From Vicinamibacterales bacterium (GTDB taxonomy: Bacteria > Acidobacteriota > Vicinamibacteria > Vicinamibacterales > UBA2999), in the NCBI GenBank assembly GCA_035571515.1, contig DATNCQ010000033.1, positions 19,966-43,965 of the forward strand: a stretch of 24,000 nt of DNA, read 5' to 3'. Made by a program: the position numbers and the translations under genes. The notes below the pieces were generated by a model. The model had not been told where the DNA came from. It saw only the letters and a list, made by a program, of their open reading frames with translations, and made no database searches. Below are positions 1 to 8,398 of the stretch, one piece after another (within the stretch, counting starts at the first letter, position 1; each line of letters starts with the position of its first letter).

Positions 1-425
1 AGACGCCGACCGAGGTCGTGCTGCTCTACAACGCCCGCAACACGTGGCGGGTCGTGCCGACGGATGGCCGCCCGCACGGGAAGGAAGACGACCGGGATCA
101 GACCTACCTCGGCGACTCGATCGGACACTGGGAGGGCGACACGCTGGTCGTCGAGGCCGTCGGGTTCAACGACGACACGTGGCTGTCGAACGTGGCGACC
201 GCGCCGGGGTGGTTCCACACCACCGAAATGCGCGTCGTCGAGAAGTTCCGGCGCCAGGGCAACACCCTGTTCTACGAGTACACCGTGTATGATCCGGACG
301 TCCTCGCCGAGCCGTGGACCGTGGGGCCGCGGGCCATTCAGCTCAACACGGCCAACGGGCCCTACAACGAGGACCCGCCGTGCATCATGAATCCCCGGCC
401 GATGGTCAGCCGGGAAAGAGGTTGA
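1..425 (+). CDS. 3' part of a conserved hypothetical (probably periplasmic) protein; ORF is open to the left window edge
   Basis: Frame 3 has no stop from nt 3 to the TGA at 423-425, so the GTG at 18 is probably internal. Codons are GC3-rich. The sequence (TDGRPH...GDSIGHWEGDTLVVEAVGFNDDTWL...DPDVLAEPW) resembles a widespread uncharacterised family as I remember it. An AGGAG precedes the next gene 18 nt downstream. Confidence 0.6.
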   Translation, partial: TPTEVVLLYNARNTWRVVPTDGRPHGKEDDRDQTYLGDSIGHWEGDTLVVEAVGFNDDTWLSNVATAPGWFHTTEMRVVEKFRRQGNTLFYEYTVYDPDVLAEPWTVGPRAIQLNTANGPYNEDPPCIMNPRPMVSRERG

Positions 426-443
426 GGGATAGGAGACTGTCCG

Positions 444-857
444 ATGCGTAAGCTATCCGTTGTCTTCATCGCCGCGGCGCTCATCGCAGCCGCCCTCCCG
501 GCGCTCGCGCACCACGCGAGCCAGGCGGAGTTCGACAAGAACTCGCCGAAGACCATCCAGGGCGTGCTGACGCGCGTGCAGTGGACCAACCCGCACGTGC
601 GCTGGTACGTCGACATCAAGAACGAGAAGACCGGCGAGGTCGAGACGTGGATGCTCCAGGGCTCGGGCCCAGGCGCCTACAAGGCGAACGGCATCTCCGC
701 CGCCGGCGTCTTCCCGATCGGCAAGACCTACACGGCGATGATCGCGCCCGCGCGCGACGGCTCCAACGGTGGCTACGTCATGACGTGGACGCTGCCGGAC
801 GGCACCAAGATGGACTTCTGGCACGACTACGGCGACGGCAGCGGTGAGCGGCCGTAA
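444..857 (+). CDS. DUF6152-like secreted protein (137 aa)
   Basis: ATG start preceded by GGATAGGAG. N-terminal signal peptide MRKLSVVFIAAALIAAALPALA followed by HHASQAEFD and later WTNPH, the pattern I recall for DUF6152. Overlaps the next gene by 14 nt. Confidence 0.7.
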   Translation: MRKLSVVFIAAALIAAALPALAHHASQAEFDKNSPKTIQGVLTRVQWTNPHVRWYVDIKNEKTGEVETWMLQGSGPGAYKANGISAAGVFPIGKTYTAMIAPARDGSNGGYVMTWTLPDGTKMDFWHDYGDGSGERP

Positions 858-2010
858 CACCCGTCGCAACCTCCTGTTGCTGACGGCGGTGCTCGTCTGC
901 GCGACGAGCATCGCCGCGGCGGCCCGCCAGGCCGCACCCGCCCCGCCCGGCGCCGCGCCCCAGATGTCCGAGACGTTCTTCAAGGACATCCGCGTCCTCA
1001 AGGGCATCCCCGTGGACGAGTTCATCGACACGATGGGCATGTTCGCCGCCGCCACGTCGAAGGACTGTACCGGCTGCCACTCGCCGCAGATCCTCGACGG
1101 CAAGCCCGAGGCGTTCGCCATCGAGACGCCGATGATCCAGAAGGCCCGGTTCATGGTCGGCATGATGAACACCATCAACCGGAACTTCTTCGGCAACCAG
1201 AAGCGCGTCAGCTGCTTCACCTGCCACTCGAACACGTCGGCGCCGCAGAACGTGCCGAACATGGCGATCCAGTACGGCGAGCCCGTCGACAATCCCAACT
1301 CGCTCGAGTTCATCGTCGCCAGCGGGAGCAACCCGAGCCAGATTGACGGCGTGTTCGCGAAGTATCTCGACGCGCTCGGCGGCGCGCAGCGGCTGAACGC
1401 GGTCACCAGCTTCACGGCGACCGGGACTTACGCCGGGTGGGACACCGGCCTGTCGGAAGTGCCGGTGGAGATTTTCGCCAGGGCGCCCGAGCAGTACGCG
1501 ACCGTCGCGCACCGGACCGAGGGCGACAGCATCTGGACCTACGACGGGCAGAACGCGTGGGAGGTCAGCATCAATGCGGCGCTGCCGTCGGCGATTCCGC
1601 TGACCAAGGGCAACCTCGAGGGGGCGAAGCTCGAGGCGATCGTGGCGCTCGCGCCGACGCGGCTGCGGCAGGCCTTCGCCAGGTGGCAGATCACCAAGGG
1701 ACTCATCGACGACATGCCGGTGCAGATCCTGCGGGGCAGCAATCCCGGCCAGCAGCCCGTCAACTTCTATTTCGACAACTCCGGCCTGCTGGTGCGGCTG
1801 GAGCGGTGGAACGAGACGTTGGTGGGACCGGTCGCGACGCAGTACGACTACTCGGATTACCGCGACGCGGGCGGCGTCAAGCGGCCGTTCAAGTGGGTCA
1901 AGACCTCCACGCGCAACCAGGTGACGATGGTCATCAAGGAGATCCGGCCGAACGTCGCGATCGACGCGGCGCGGTTCGCGCGACCGACGACCACGCGCCT
2001 CATCCGCTAG
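844..2010 (+). CDS. c-type cytochrome: N-terminal photosynthetic-reaction-centre-cytochrome-like di-haem domain plus a ~230-aa C-terminal domain of unknown function
   Basis: GTG start and a signal-like N-terminus (LLLLTAVLVCATSIAAA). Two CxxCH haem motifs: CTGCH at nt 1066-1080 and CFTCH at nt 1213-1227. The context FKDIRVLKG...EFIDTMGMF...CTGCH is typical of the CytoC_RC family. Confidence 0.75.
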   Translation: MSGRNTRRNLLLLTAVLVCATSIAAAARQAAPAPPGAAPQMSETFFKDIRVLKGIPVDEFIDTMGMFAAATSKDCTGCHSPQILDGKPEAFAIETPMIQKARFMVGMMNTINRNFFGNQKRVSCFTCHSNTSAPQNVPNMAIQYGEPVDNPNSLEFIVASGSNPSQIDGVFAKYLDALGGAQRLNAVTSFTATGTYAGWDTGLSEVPVEIFARAPEQYATVAHRTEGDSIWTYDGQNAWEVSINAALPSAIPLTKGNLEGAKLEAIVALAPTRLRQAFARWQITKGLIDDMPVQILRGSNPGQQPVNFYFDNSGLLVRLERWNETLVGPVATQYDYSDYRDAGGVKRPFKWVKTSTRNQVTMVIKEIRPNVAIDAARFARPTTTRLIR

Positions 2011-2031
2011 CGGGTGGCGCGCGGCCGGTTC

Positions 2032-2149
2032 GTGGGTGGGTGGTTGGTAGTTGGTGGTGGGCAAACCTGAAGGTCGGCCCCTACGTCCACCAACTACGAA
2101 CCACCAACCAGCAACCACCACCCACTATCCACCAGCCAGCCAACCAGCC
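2032..2149. repeat. Composite intergenic element: G/T-rich tract (2032-2061), degenerate REP-like palindrome (2054-2084), C/A-rich tract (2087-2149)
   Basis: gtgggtgggtggttggtagttggtggtggg ... ggtcggcccctac ... ccaccaactacgaaccaccaaccagcaaccaccacccactatccaccagccagccaaccagcc. Related tracts occur at 8338-8398 and 17786-17829. Confidence 0.8.
2039..2105. terminator. Long imperfect hairpin between convergent genes (candidate bidirectional terminator)
   Basis: GGTGGTTGGTAGTTGGTGG (2039-2057) pairs with CCACCAACTACGAACCACC (2087-2105) at 18 of 19 positions, with a 29-nt loop. It lies between the cytochrome stop (2010) and the receptor stop (2155). No U-tract. Confidence 0.45.
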
Positions 2150-2154
2150 CCGGG

Positions 2155-5073
2155 TCAGAACGCCACGCGGAAGCCGAGCTGCAACGCGCGCGGCCCGTAC
2201 GACACGTTGTTGTTGAACGACGGCAGGCCGTAGGACGCGCTGCTCTCCTGCGTCGTGTAGGAGCCGTAGTTCGCGTGATCGAACACGTTGAACAGCTCCA
2301 GCATCCCGTCAATCCCCGCGCGTCCGAGCTTCACGTGCTTCTGCAGCCGCATGTCGAGGCGATGGATCGGCGAACCGGTGAGATTGTTCCGCGGGGAGAT
2401 CGTGCCCGCCGGCCCGATCGCAGTGGCCGTCGTCCGAAAGCGGTTCTCGCCACCCGCCGCCTGCCCGCGCGGATCGCCGCCGACCGACGTGCCGAAGCGC
2501 AAACCGGACCCGTAGAAGTAGACGCCGCTCACCTGCAGCCCGTACGGCGCCTCGTAGATGCCGTTGAACACCGCGCGGTGCCGCTGATCGGTCGCGGCCA
2601 GGCCGTATTCGCCACCCATGTCGGCCGCGGTCTCGAACCCGAGATCCTTCCGCAGCAGGTGGCCGTTGTCGATGTACCAGAGCCACGGCACGTGCGTGGC
2701 GTCCTTGAACTGCGAGAGCGTGTAGGTCACCGACGCCTGCAGGTGGTTGATCATGCGGCGCGTGAACGCGCTCTCCCAGCCGTAGTAGTTCGAGCGGCCG
2801 TTATAGAGGCTCATCTGCACGGGCCCGAACTGCGAGAGGGGACGCCGGCTCGCATCGCTGTTGTTGTAGTTCACGCCGGTCGCCGGGTTGTACGCCAGGT
2901 TGATGTTCGGGGTGAACTCCTCGTTGCGTCCGCCCGTGAAAACGACGTTCGACTGGAACGACATCGAGGTGCCGATCTGCCGCTCCATGCCGATCGACGC
3001 CTGGTGGCTGTACGGCATCTCCCAGTACGGGCTGTTGATTTCCGGGATGAACTGCCGGACGATGCAGCCGGGACGGCTGTTGTTCAGATCGCAGGAATTG
3101 GCGAGCACCGAGCTGAACGTCGGCGTCGCGCCGTTGAACGGGTTGGTCGGGAAATCGGCCCGCCCGTCGTAGGGGACGAGAGGCGACGCGCCGATCTGGT
3201 AGAGGATCGTCTGGTGCGCTTCGTCCTGCGTGCCCTGCGCGAAGAAGATCCCGTAGCCGCCGCGCACGACCGTCCGGTCGTTCACCGTATAGGCGGCGCC
3301 CACGCGCGGCGCGACGTTGTTCTTGTCGCTCGCTTTCGGTCCCGGCAGGAACGGCGGCAGCTGCAGCTCCTGGCCGACGTGGTTCTGGTAGTCGTAGCGG
3401 ACGCCCAGGTTCAGCGTCAGGCGTGACGTCATCTTCCAGTCGTCCTGCAGCCACACGCCGAGCGTGTCCTGCGGGATGGTCCTGAAGAACCCCCGGATGT
3501 CGGTGAACGACGCCTCGTACCGCGTCGAGATCGGCGCCAGCGCGTTGAGGTTCCACGTCGCCGCATCGTTCCAGACGGGGAACGCGTTGACGAGCAGCGC
3601 CGCCGAGTTGGCGGCCGACGCGCCCTGCGCGATGAGCCGCGGCGTGCAGAGGCTGCCGCAGCCGACGAGGTTGGCGAGGTTGTAGATGAACTCGCCACCC
3701 GTCTTGATGTCATGACGTCCGCGCGCGTCGAAGGACAGCGTCAGGTCGTCACGCACGGACGACAGGTCCTGGTTGTGGTGCTGGACGACCGCGCCGACCG
3801 AATAGCCGGTGAAGGTGACGCGCGGCGGCGCGCCCCAGCCGAACGACGGGATGCCGAGGATGTCGGGGTTCGGCCCGCCCTTGAAGCCGGCGAGCGAGTG
3901 GTTGTTGCGGTTGAAGTTGCTGTAGCCCGACTTGACGACGTTCACCATCCGGTTGTTCAGGACGAGCGTCCAGACACCCTGCGCCTGCTTGGTGAAGCGC
4001 TGGTTGTCGAGGCCGGTGGACGGGTGCGACGTCGCGCCGCCGCCCGACAGGTATTCCTGGTCGTAGCCGTTGCCGCGAACCGACAGGCGGTTGTTCGGCG
4101 AGAACTGCACGTCGCCCTTCAGCCCCCAGATGTACTGCGTCCGCGGCGCCGGGATGTTGCGGTTGAACGCGGCGAGCGCGCCGTTGGCGGCGAAGACGAG
4201 CACCTGCGGCTCGCGCTCGTACTCGTAGTTGGCGAAGAAATGGACGCGGTCCTTGATGACCGGCCCGCCGAACGTCGTGCTGATCTGCTGGTTCTGGTAC
4301 GGCAGCACCACGTGCTGCACCTTGTCGGCGGCGTTCAGCTTCGCGTCGCGGAAATAGCCGCCGATGCCGCCCGAGAAGGCGTTGGTGCCCGACTTCGTGA
4401 TGGCGTTGGCGATCATCCCGGCCGAGCGCCCCTGCGTCGCGTCGAAGCGGTTCGTGATCACCTCGAACTCCGCGATCGAGTCGCGCGAGAAACGCGGCTG
4501 GTCGTCGCCGATGCCGATGTAGTTGTTGGTGACCTGCTGGCCGTCGATGTTGATCTGCGAATACCCCTGGCGCAGCAGCGGCACGCCGCTCGACTGATTC
4601 TGCCGGCTGCCCGGGGCGAGCATCGCCAGGTCCATCCAGTTCCGGCCGTTGATCGGCAGCTCCTGCATCTGCTTCGGGTCGATGTTGCCCGCCAGCACCG
4701 AGCTCTCCGTGTCGATGAGCGGCGCTTCACCGGTCACGGTCACCGACTCCTGCACCGTCGAGGGCGCCAGCTGCAGGTCGAGCGCGGCGATCTGCCCGAG
4801 CAGCAGGTTGACGCTGCGGACGACGGTGGCAAAGCCCGGAAGCTCGAGCGTCAGGCGATAGCTGCCGGTCCGCACCGGCAGGCGGAACGAGCCGACGCTG
4901 TCGGTGACGGCGACAAAGGTATTGCCCGACGCTTCGTGCAGGGCGGTGATGGTGACGCCGGGGAGGACGCCCCCAGACGAGTCCTTGACGGTGCCGGTCA
5001 ACGTCGCGTCCTGCGCACGCGACAGCGCGGGAAGCGCGAGCAGGATGGTAGCCACGATCACGGTTCTGACCAC
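2155..5073 (-). CDS. TonB-dependent receptor with N-terminal carboxypeptidase-regulatory-like domain (972 aa)
   Basis: GTG start with AAGGAGG 7 nt upstream. Signal peptide MVRTVIVATILLALPALSRAQ. The motif TGTVKDSSGGVLPGVTITA...GSYRLTLELPGFATV marks the CarboxypepD_reg domain. Long beta-barrel-type sequence ending in a terminal F (FRVAF). Confidence 0.9.
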   Translation of the reverse strand: MVRTVIVATILLALPALSRAQDATLTGTVKDSSGGVLPGVTITALHEASGNTFVAVTDSVGSFRLPVRTGSYRLTLELPGFATVVRSVNLLLGQIAALDLQLAPSTVQESVTVTGEAPLIDTESSVLAGNIDPKQMQELPINGRNWMDLAMLAPGSRQNQSSGVPLLRQGYSQINIDGQQVTNNYIGIGDDQPRFSRDSIAEFEVITNRFDATQGRSAGMIANAITKSGTNAFSGGIGGYFRDAKLNAADKVQHVVLPYQNQQISTTFGGPVIKDRVHFFANYEYEREPQVLVFAANGALAAFNRNIPAPRTQYIWGLKGDVQFSPNNRLSVRGNGYDQEYLSGGGATSHPSTGLDNQRFTKQAQGVWTLVLNNRMVNVVKSGYSNFNRNNHSLAGFKGGPNPDILGIPSFGWGAPPRVTFTGYSVGAVVQHHNQDLSSVRDDLTLSFDARGRHDIKTGGEFIYNLANLVGCGSLCTPRLIAQGASAANSAALLVNAFPVWNDAATWNLNALAPISTRYEASFTDIRGFFRTIPQDTLGVWLQDDWKMTSRLTLNLGVRYDYQNHVGQELQLPPFLPGPKASDKNNVAPRVGAAYTVNDRTVVRGGYGIFFAQGTQDEAHQTILYQIGASPLVPYDGRADFPTNPFNGATPTFSSVLANSCDLNNSRPGCIVRQFIPEINSPYWEMPYSHQASIGMERQIGTSMSFQSNVVFTGGRNEEFTPNINLAYNPATGVNYNNSDASRRPLSQFGPVQMSLYNGRSNYYGWESAFTRRMINHLQASVTYTLSQFKDATHVPWLWYIDNGHLLRKDLGFETAADMGGEYGLAATDQRHRAVFNGIYEAPYGLQVSGVYFYGSGLRFGTSVGGDPRGQAAGGENRFRTTATAIGPAGTISPRNNLTGSPIHRLDMRLQKHVKLGRAGIDGMLELFNVFDHANYGSYTTQESSASYGLPSFNNNVSYGPRALQLGFRVAF

Positions 5074-5154
5074 TGGGGAACCTCCTTCATGAGGATGGAC
5101 CTGGGGCGCGATAGATTCGCGGGGAAAAACGTTGAAAACCCGAATGCCGCGCGG

Positions 5155-5163
5155 ATTCTAGCA
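5155..5163 (-). promoter_or_regulatory. Candidate extended -10 (TGcTAGAAT) for the minus-strand receptor gene
   Basis: The reverse complement of attctagca reads TGCTAGAAT, about 80 nt upstream of the GTG at 5073. No convincing -35. Confidence 0.25.
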
Positions 5164-5209
5164 GGTTCCCGGCGGCCGGCCCGGCGGCCGGCGACGCCCG
5201 CGATTCGCC

Positions 5210-5238
5210 TTGACTTATACCGAGCACGGGTGTTTATT
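5210..5238 (+). promoter_or_regulatory. Candidate sigma70-type promoter for the plus-strand receptor gene
   Basis: TTGACT (5210-5215), a 17-nt spacer, then TTTATT (5233-5238), about 50 nt upstream of the ATG at 5287. Confidence 0.4.
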
Positions 5239-5286
5239 TGCGCCCTGCGTTCTCTCCGGGTGGCTACTTTTCAAAGTGGAGGAACG

Positions 5287-8200
5287 ATGAACCCGAGATT
5301 CGCGCGGCTCCTGTTGGCGTGCCTTGCTCTGTCGGTACCCGCCATCGCGTGGGGACAGGCGGATAGCGGCAACATCGCCGGCGTGGTACGAGACACGTCC
5401 GGCGCCGTGATGCCAGGCGTCACGGTCGAAGCAAGCTCTCCAGCGCTCATCGAGAAAGTCCGTTCGGTCACCACTGACAGTCAGGGTCTCTACCGCATCG
5501 TCGACCTGCGGCCTGGCTCGTACGCGGTTACGTTCACGCTGCCCGGCTTCGGCACGGTCAAGCGTGAAGGAATCGCCTTGACTACGGGGTTCACGGCGAC
5601 CGTGAACGCCGAGTTGAAAGTCGGCTCGCTCGAGGAGACGATCACGGTCACGGGTGAGGCTCCGGTGGTCGACACGCAGAACGTCGAGCAGCAGCAGACG
5701 CTCTCGCGCGATGTCCTCGATGCGATCCCGACCAGCAGGCGTCCCGCGCAGTTCATCACGCTCATCGTCGGCGCCGACGGCGGCGCCAATGCGTCGACGT
5801 TGCACGACGTCGGCGGCGTCGGCAGCGACCGCGCGTTCTTCGGCGTCCACGGCCAGCGCGCCGACGACATGACCTACAACTTCGGCGGCATGGACTCGCG
5901 GGTGTTCAGCGGCGGCGGCTTCCAGTACAACGCCCACACCTTCGAGGAAGTCGTCGTCGAGACGGCAGCCGGCTCCGCGGAGGCGACGACCGGCGGCGTC
6001 CAGATCAACATCATCCCGAAGGATGGCGGCAACATCTTCTCGGGCACGATGAGCGCGGAAGTCACCGGGCCCAAGCTGCAGTCCAACAACATCAACGACT
6101 TCCTGCGCACGCACGGCATCGCGAGCGCGGGGGCCGTCAAGAACTACTACGACGTCGGCGGAGGGCTCGGCGGCCCGATCCGGCAGAACAAGCTGTGGTT
6201 CTTCGCGGCGGTCCGCTACGAGGACCGCTCGCTCTATCAGGCCGGCAACTACTACAACAAGCGCCAGGGGACGGTGTTCTACGAGCCGGACCTGAGCCGG
6301 CCTGCCTACAACCACGATTATTCAAAGGACGCCTCGCTGCGCCTCACCTGGCAGGCCACGAGCAAGCAGAAGATCGTGGCGAGCTTCACCGAACATCCAG
6401 CGTGCCAGTGCACGTTCCAGCTCCTGGAGCAGGTGAGCCCCATCTTTGCGCCGGAAGCGGTCGCCGAGCACCGCTACGTCCCGCAGTACCTGGGGACGGC
6501 CCACTACACGAATCCGCTGACCAGCCGGGTCCTGATCGAGGCGGACTACTCGAAGAGCCGTTACAACCGCGAGCAGCGGCGGATACCGGGTGTGGGGCGC
6601 GAGACCATTTCGGTCACCGATACGGGCCTCAATCTCAGGTACGGCTCGCGGAGCACCCTCTATCAGCGGCTGAACGACCTGCGCTCGCACGAACGGGTCG
6701 CGATGTCCTACATCACCGGCACGCACAACTTCAAGGCCGGCGTGGACCTGAACCAGTTCAGCCAGGGCGAGAAGGAATACAACGATCCGTTCCTGGTCAA
6801 CCAGGCGATCTCCTACGGGTTCCGCAACCAGTTGCCCGTGTCCGTCTCGATCTACACGGGACCGTACGGGCCGTATCAGGAAGGCATCGAGAACAACCTC
6901 TACGCCCAGGACCAGTGGACGATCAAGAGGATGACGCTGAACGTCGGCCTCCGCTACAGCCTGTACGACATGACGATCCCGGCCATGCACCTCGGGCCCG
7001 GCGTATACGTCCCCGCGCGCGATTTCCCGGAAGTGAAGCACTCGCCGCGCTGGGAAAGCCTCAGCCCGCGCGTGGGCTCGGCCTTCGACCTGTTCGGCGA
7101 CGGGAAGACGGCGCTCAAGTGGGCGCTCGGACGGTATCCGCAGCGCAACACCGGCGTCGCGGTGAACCTTCCGGTGTCCAACCAGCCGACGAGCACCACG
7201 ATCGCGTGGAACGACCAGTTCTACGGTGCTGGCGATCCACGGTCGGGGAATTTCGTCCCCGACTGCGATCTGCACAACCCGACGCCCAACGGCGAGTGCG
7301 GCGCATGGGGTGACCGCTCGTTCGGCCAGGTCGTCGGCGGCAACACGCGCTTTGCCCAGGACGCGCTGAGCGGCTTCAACGGGGAGAACTACAACTGGCA
7401 GGCCAACGTCTCGCTCCAGCAGCAGCTGCGGACGAACATGGGCGTGACGGTGTCGTATTTCCGCACCTGGTACGGCGCGATGCAGGCGCTGGACAATCAG
7501 GCCGTGACACCTGCGGATTTCGATCCGTTCTGCTTCACCGCCCCGGTGGACTCCCGGCTGGGGGCCGATGTCAGCGGCAAGCAGTTCTGCGGCAACTACG
7601 ACGTCAAGCCGGCGAAGTTCGGCCAGGTCGACTACCTGCGCACGCGGGCCTCGCATTACGGCGACATGAGCGAGGTCTTCGACGGCGTCGACATCACCAC
7701 CATGGCGCGGTTTGGAAAGGCGCAGTTCCAGGGAGGCCTGGCGACCGGACGGACCGTGACCGACAACTGCAACCTGAAGATCGACTCACCGGCGACGGCC
7801 ACCGCCGGGTCGCCGGCAGGCGCAGCGCTCAATCTGTCGGCCGTCGATCTTCGGCCGGGGTTCTGTAACGTGAGCCGGCCGTGGGGCTCTTCCACGCAGG
7901 TCAAGTTCAACATCGTCTACGCCCTGCCGTGGGACTTCCAGGCCAGCTCGATCTATCAGAACATTCCGGGCGTGCCGATCAGGGCCAGCTACGTCGCCAC
8001 CGACGCGGAAATCCTGCCGTCGCTCGGGCGACACCTTGCCTCGTGCCCCAGCCAGACCGCCGCGACGTGCAACCAGACGTACACGGTGGATCTGATCCCG
8101 CCGTTCTCACGGTATGGCGACCGGATCCAGCAGGTGGATCTGCGCCTGACGCGAAACTTCCCGCTCACCAGGGGCCGCAAGCTCCAGGGGAATTTCGATA

Positions 8201-8337
8201 TCTACAACATCCTCAATGCGAGCACCGCCCAGAACGAGCAGGCGACCTTCCGTCCCGGCCCGGCGAACCAGTGGCGGAACCCGATTCAGATCATGGGCGG
8301 ACGCCTGATCAAGTTCAGCGCCCAGCTCACCTTCTAG
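5287..8337 (+). CDS. TonB-dependent receptor with N-terminal carboxypeptidase-regulatory-like domain (1016 aa)
   Basis: ATG at 5287 preceded by GTGGAGGA. Signal peptide MNPRFARLLLACLALSVPAIAWGQ. The motif GVVRDTSGAVMPGVTVEA...GSYAVTFTLPGFGTV is paralogous to the upstream receptor. Ends with a terminal F (QLTF). The longer ORF from 3712 is a GC artefact. Confidence 0.9.
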   Translation: MNPRFARLLLACLALSVPAIAWGQADSGNIAGVVRDTSGAVMPGVTVEASSPALIEKVRSVTTDSQGLYRIVDLRPGSYAVTFTLPGFGTVKREGIALTTGFTATVNAELKVGSLEETITVTGEAPVVDTQNVEQQQTLSRDVLDAIPTSRRPAQFITLIVGADGGANASTLHDVGGVGSDRAFFGVHGQRADDMTYNFGGMDSRVFSGGGFQYNAHTFEEVVVETAAGSAEATTGGVQINIIPKDGGNIFSGTMSAEVTGPKLQSNNINDFLRTHGIASAGAVKNYYDVGGGLGGPIRQNKLWFFAAVRYEDRSLYQAGNYYNKRQGTVFYEPDLSRPAYNHDYSKDASLRLTWQATSKQKIVASFTEHPACQCTFQLLEQVSPIFAPEAVAEHRYVPQYLGTAHYTNPLTSRVLIEADYSKSRYNREQRRIPGVGRETISVTDTGLNLRYGSRSTLYQRLNDLRSHERVAMSYITGTHNFKAGVDLNQFSQGEKEYNDPFLVNQAISYGFRNQLPVSVSIYTGPYGPYQEGIENNLYAQDQWTIKRMTLNVGLRYSLYDMTIPAMHLGPGVYVPARDFPEVKHSPRWESLSPRVGSAFDLFGDGKTALKWALGRYPQRNTGVAVNLPVSNQPTSTTIAWNDQFYGAGDPRSGNFVPDCDLHNPTPNGECGAWGDRSFGQVVGGNTRFAQDALSGFNGENYNWQANVSLQQQLRTNMGVTVSYFRTWYGAMQALDNQAVTPADFDPFCFTAPVDSRLGADVSGKQFCGNYDVKPAKFGQVDYLRTRASHYGDMSEVFDGVDITTMARFGKAQFQGGLATGRTVTDNCNLKIDSPATATAGSPAGAALNLSAVDLRPGFCNVSRPWGSSTQVKFNIVYALPWDFQASSIYQNIPGVPIRASYVATDAEILPSLGRHLASCPSQTAATCNQTYTVDLIPPFSRYGDRIQQVDLRLTRNFPLTRGRKLQGNFDIYNILNASTAQNEQATFRPGPANQWRNPIQIMGGRLIKFSAQLTF

Positions 8338-8341
8338 TGGA

Positions 8342-8369
8342 CAGTCAGCAGTAGGCAGTGGGCAGTAGG
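8342..8369 (+). repeat. Four tandem heptamers: CAGTCAG CAGTAGG CAGTGGG CAGTAGG
   Basis: Read directly. They start 5 nt after the receptor TAG (8335-8337) and run into the palindrome at 8365. Confidence 0.85.
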
Positions 8370-8398
8370 GGCCGACCTCGAAAAGGTCCGGCCCCTAC
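8365..8398. terminator. REP-like palindromic hairpin between convergent genes (candidate bidirectional terminator)
   Basis: GTAGGGGCCGACC (8365-8377), loop tcgaaaa, GGTCCGGCCCCTAC (8385-8398, one extra C). The bioA stop codon (8395-8397) lies inside the right arm. Confidence 0.55.

Noticed and set aside
3712-5286. The 5' 1575 nt of the 1541-aa ORF 3712..8337, which would make a giant fusion protein
   Set aside because: This part is antisense to the well-supported receptor gene 2155..5073 and translates to Arg/Ala/Val-rich low-complexity sequence. A proper start (ATG 5287 with GGAGG and a signal peptide) follows it. Long stop-free antisense frames are expected in GC-rich DNA.
5074-5286. Fur box, cobalamin riboswitch or other known TonB-receptor control element in the divergent intergenic region
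   Set aside because: There is no AT-rich GATAATGATAATCATTATC-like 19-mer. I could not recognise a conserved B12-box or a riboswitch-sized structured leader; the predicted leaders are short.
8342-8369. CRISPR-like or other long repeat array (also considered for 22542-22560 and 21151-21170)
   Set aside because: The repeats are 7-12 nt long, contiguous or nearly so, and have no spacers of CRISPR size. No cas genes are present in the window.
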